Shown here in pieces: positions 61,501-64,000 of a stretch of 64,000 bases of DNA; within the stretch, counting starts at the first letter, position 1; every line of letters begins with the position of its first letter. A program made the position numbers and the translations under genes. Below the pieces are notes generated by a model. That model saw nothing but the letters and a program-made list of their open reading frames with translations, did no database searches and was not told where the DNA came from. Location: IMG/VR virus record IMGVR_UViG_3300046747_000672, positions 1 through 64,000 of that record. The stretch is one strand, 5' to 3'. Source of the stretch: a virus.

Positions 61501-64000
61501 CGACGAGGCGGATGGCTTCGTCGAAAGCGGAGAGGGCGAGCTTGCGCTGTGCGGCGGGGGCGGTCATCCCACCCTCGGCATGCGCGCAAATGCGTCCGCG
61601 GCCTCGACCCAGATCCAAGATTGCACGTGCGAGTCTTCCGGGTCGCGCCCAAGCGATTGGATCGTGTGCATCCACCTGCCGCTGAACGCGACGTGGTGAA
61701 CCTGCTCGTCGACGTGCGAAACAACAACGTGGACGGGCAGGTGGCACTTGCGATCGACCGACGGTAGCTCGACCCAAAAGCTCGTTTGGTCGCAGTCCTG
61801 CGGCAGAAGCGGCGGAAGCTTTCGCGTGCTGAGACGCCGAGCGCGCGGCGCTTCCGGCGGCGGGGTGAACTGCTTCGGCGGGACGCGCGGAGTGACAGGC
61901 GACACGTCGTCATCGGACGGCGGGACGGCGGGCGGGAATGCTTTGGCGGGGTTCATTCGGCTTTCTCGATGATCTCGAACAGGTGGAACACGAGGCTTCC
62001 TCCTCTGAATTGGGCCGTGCCTACGAACTTCACATGCGGCTCTTCGATCAGATGCCCCGTGCCAGCGAGACGGAATGAACGAGGCGCAGGGGGTGCTTCT
62101 GGGTCGACGAGCGCCCACAGCACAGGCTCGTTGTGCTGGTTGTCGAAGTGGAGGAGCTCGGCCCCGCTGGGCAGCAGGAGCTGGAACTGATCGGCCATGG
62201 GGCAGGCGAATTTGTAGACGGTTCTCATCGCCCGCCTCCAACCTTCTTCGCTTCCATCTTCTCGAGCTCCTCCCGAATCGGCATCCGCGCCGCGACCATG
62301 TCCCGGAGCAGTGCCACGTCGTCCGTCGGCGTCGTCTTCGCGAGGGGCGCCGTCTCGCTCTTCGTCTCGCCCGTGATCGCCGCCAGTTCCGCCTCGAGTT
62401 TGCGCTGCTTCTCTCGCGCCCGCTGCCCGAAGTCCTCCCGCAAGTGCGAGATGGCGAGCCGCAGGAGGTTCGCTGCGTCGTCGGTGTTGCCACCCGCGAG
62501 CTTGGCGGCGGCGTCCTTCGCGAGGGCGCACGCCTGGGCGTAGTGTGGTAGGATGGCGGAGCGGCGGAGGTTGCGGGTCATCGCGCGCCTCGCTGCGCCG
62601 ATCGAAGCAGCTTCACGGCTGCGCGCAAAGCACGCGCATCCTCTCGATGCTCCGTCGACGTCTCTCCGCCCGGTGGGTCATCCGCCCAGACGTCCGATTG
62701 CTTGGCTTCCTGGTGGAAGAAGTCGATGACCATCTTGCGACCGCGCGCAGGGATGTTGCTCCACGCTTCAGCGGCGCCGCCGGGTGAGACTTTGGTTTTC
62801 ACGCCGACCTCCTCGGCTCGAACTGCCCCATCGCGACCGCCTCGTCGACCGCCGCCTGTTGCTCCAGCGTCAACCCGTTGAACGACTCGTCCTCTTGCTC
62901 CAAGTCGAACACGATGACGCGCTTCCCCGGGTACATGGCCGCCAATCGGCGCACAGCGTCGAGGCAACCGTCAAAATCATCGTGCCGCGTCGACGTGTGA
63001 ACGCAGAGTCGATCGAAGCAGTTGACGATGTAACGGCTCACGCGGACCTCCCGAAGGGCGCAGCGTCTTCGTTCGCTGCCTGCTCGGCCGGCACCGTCAT
63101 CACGATGGAGCAGTGCCAGCGACCGCCGTGGGGGCAACTGACGTTGATGGCGCCGCGCAACGCCGGGTCGTAGGATACCACCACGTCGCCGCACGGGAGA
63201 CCGCCGGAGTCGGAGCCGCCGCACTTGCGGCACGTGCAGACGTACTCGTAGCGCGTCGTCGTCTTCTGGGGCGCCGAGCGGACGGCGAAGCTCTGCCGGT
63301 CGAACCAGGATGGCGCGTTCTCGTTGGCCGCGGCAGGCGCCTTCGTCGGCGGGCGCAGCGCGACAGCGCCGACGAGCATCTCCCACGTCTGCGGACTTGG
63401 CTCCGACACCTTGCTGCCGGCGGCGAAAACGCGTTGCTCAGCGGGCGTGTACGCCGCGAGCTTCATCGCCTGAGCCATCGACTCGACCGCGTTGGCAGCG
63501 GGCGGGACCTGGGCGAGCATCGCTCGCACTTTCACGATGCGGTTTCTCGTTTCGAACTGGTTCACGTTGCCTCCTTGCCGAAGATCACGGCGTCGGGGTT
63601 GCCGCAGAGCGCGATGAGATCGCGTCGCGCCCGGATGAAGAAGTCGAGGTTGTCGGAGTCGGCGAACGTGATTCGCGCCGGTTCCTCGTTGTCGAGCGCC
63701 GCGTGCGCCACCGTCGCGTCGCCGTAGTTCACGAGCAGGAGATTGACGCCACAGCACGCCATCACGCCGATGACGGCGTGGTCAGTGGAGCGACCGGCGA
63801 GGGGACGGGAGAGCGGCGCTAAGGCTTGGAGCGCACCGACGCTGGCGTTTCTTCGGCGCGACGATGCTGGAGCTCCAGCCGAGCCTCCCAGAGGGCCCAA
63901 GCCGTTTCCTTCATCGCCTTCACGCGTGCCGCTACGTAGCCCTCGTCGCCCGGGTTGTGTCGCACGCCCGCTGTCTGTTCGGCCACGATGAGGATTAGCC
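58558..64000 (-). other. Cluster of short hypothetical early genes
   Basis: Coupled minus-strand ORFs, e.g. 58558-58962, 59433-59756, 60311-60571, 60568-60924, 61953-62228, 62225-62581. Confidence 0.6.
60921..61382 (-). CDS. Secreted SLT/lysozyme-like protein
   Basis: Hydrophobic N-terminus; VAVHFEESRF (Glu-Ser motif), PQL, ALVAY; GGAGGG RBS. Confidence 0.5.
   Translation of the reverse strand: MIEATVVAMLISTLAPTLGAEQRDRYAADIAVAAADDTELMLGLVAVHFEESRFEERIERCHCRSYECDNGEAFAAPQLHRHWLNGYAPAEVCASNTLAQSLAARALVTLRRRTGTIRRALVAYIGCKRSDVRAKKRLAVFERLLASSKRVAT

Larger units (their letters stand above)
1..64000. mobile_element. Temperate myovirus-type phage genome segment, probably the non-integrated form
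   Basis: Mu-like baseplate cluster, tail fibres, endolysin, integrase/excisionase, RecET-like pair; no host housekeeping genes; phage genes continue on both sides of the putative att core. Confidence 0.93.

Noticed and set aside
1-64000. CRISPR array, retron/DGR reverse transcriptase, rRNA
   Set aside because: No regularly spaced repeats, RT motifs or rRNA-like segments were noticed by eye; a subtle template/variable repeat pair cannot be excluded without computation.

Overview
High-GC window from a temperate, contractile-tailed (Mu-like baseplate) phage. The Cys-rich lipoproteins and Pro-rich protein style suggest a myxobacterial (Polyangiales-like) host; this is inference. 1-22.5 kb (+) is the late region: baseplate, tail fibre/tailspike, a lysis-type membrane/lipoprotein cluster with a papain-like peptidase, a second fibre-like module, an SLT endolysin and an intrinsic terminator. 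22660-27791 is a complete 5,132-bp IS1-family cargo transposon (20-bp perfect terminal inverted repeats, 8-bp target duplication CGATTTTT). It carries a DUF4258/MqsA-type toxin-antitoxin pair and, directly downstream of a 267-aa uncharacterised gene, two abutting non-canonical tRNA-like RNAs (9/3 and 8/4-or-7/5 folds), the most unusual signal in the window. 27.9-64 kb (-) is a long early region: RecE/RecT-like recombinase pair, a split C5 DNA methyltransferase with an overprinted second subunit, nucleotide/RNA-repair enzymes, excisionase and tyrosine integrase, an apparently intact attP (3' end of a tRNA-Asn), and dozens of small hypothetical genes. Head, terminase, replication and main repressor genes were not recognised and probably lie outside the window. 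All family assignments come from motif recognition by eye, not database searches.
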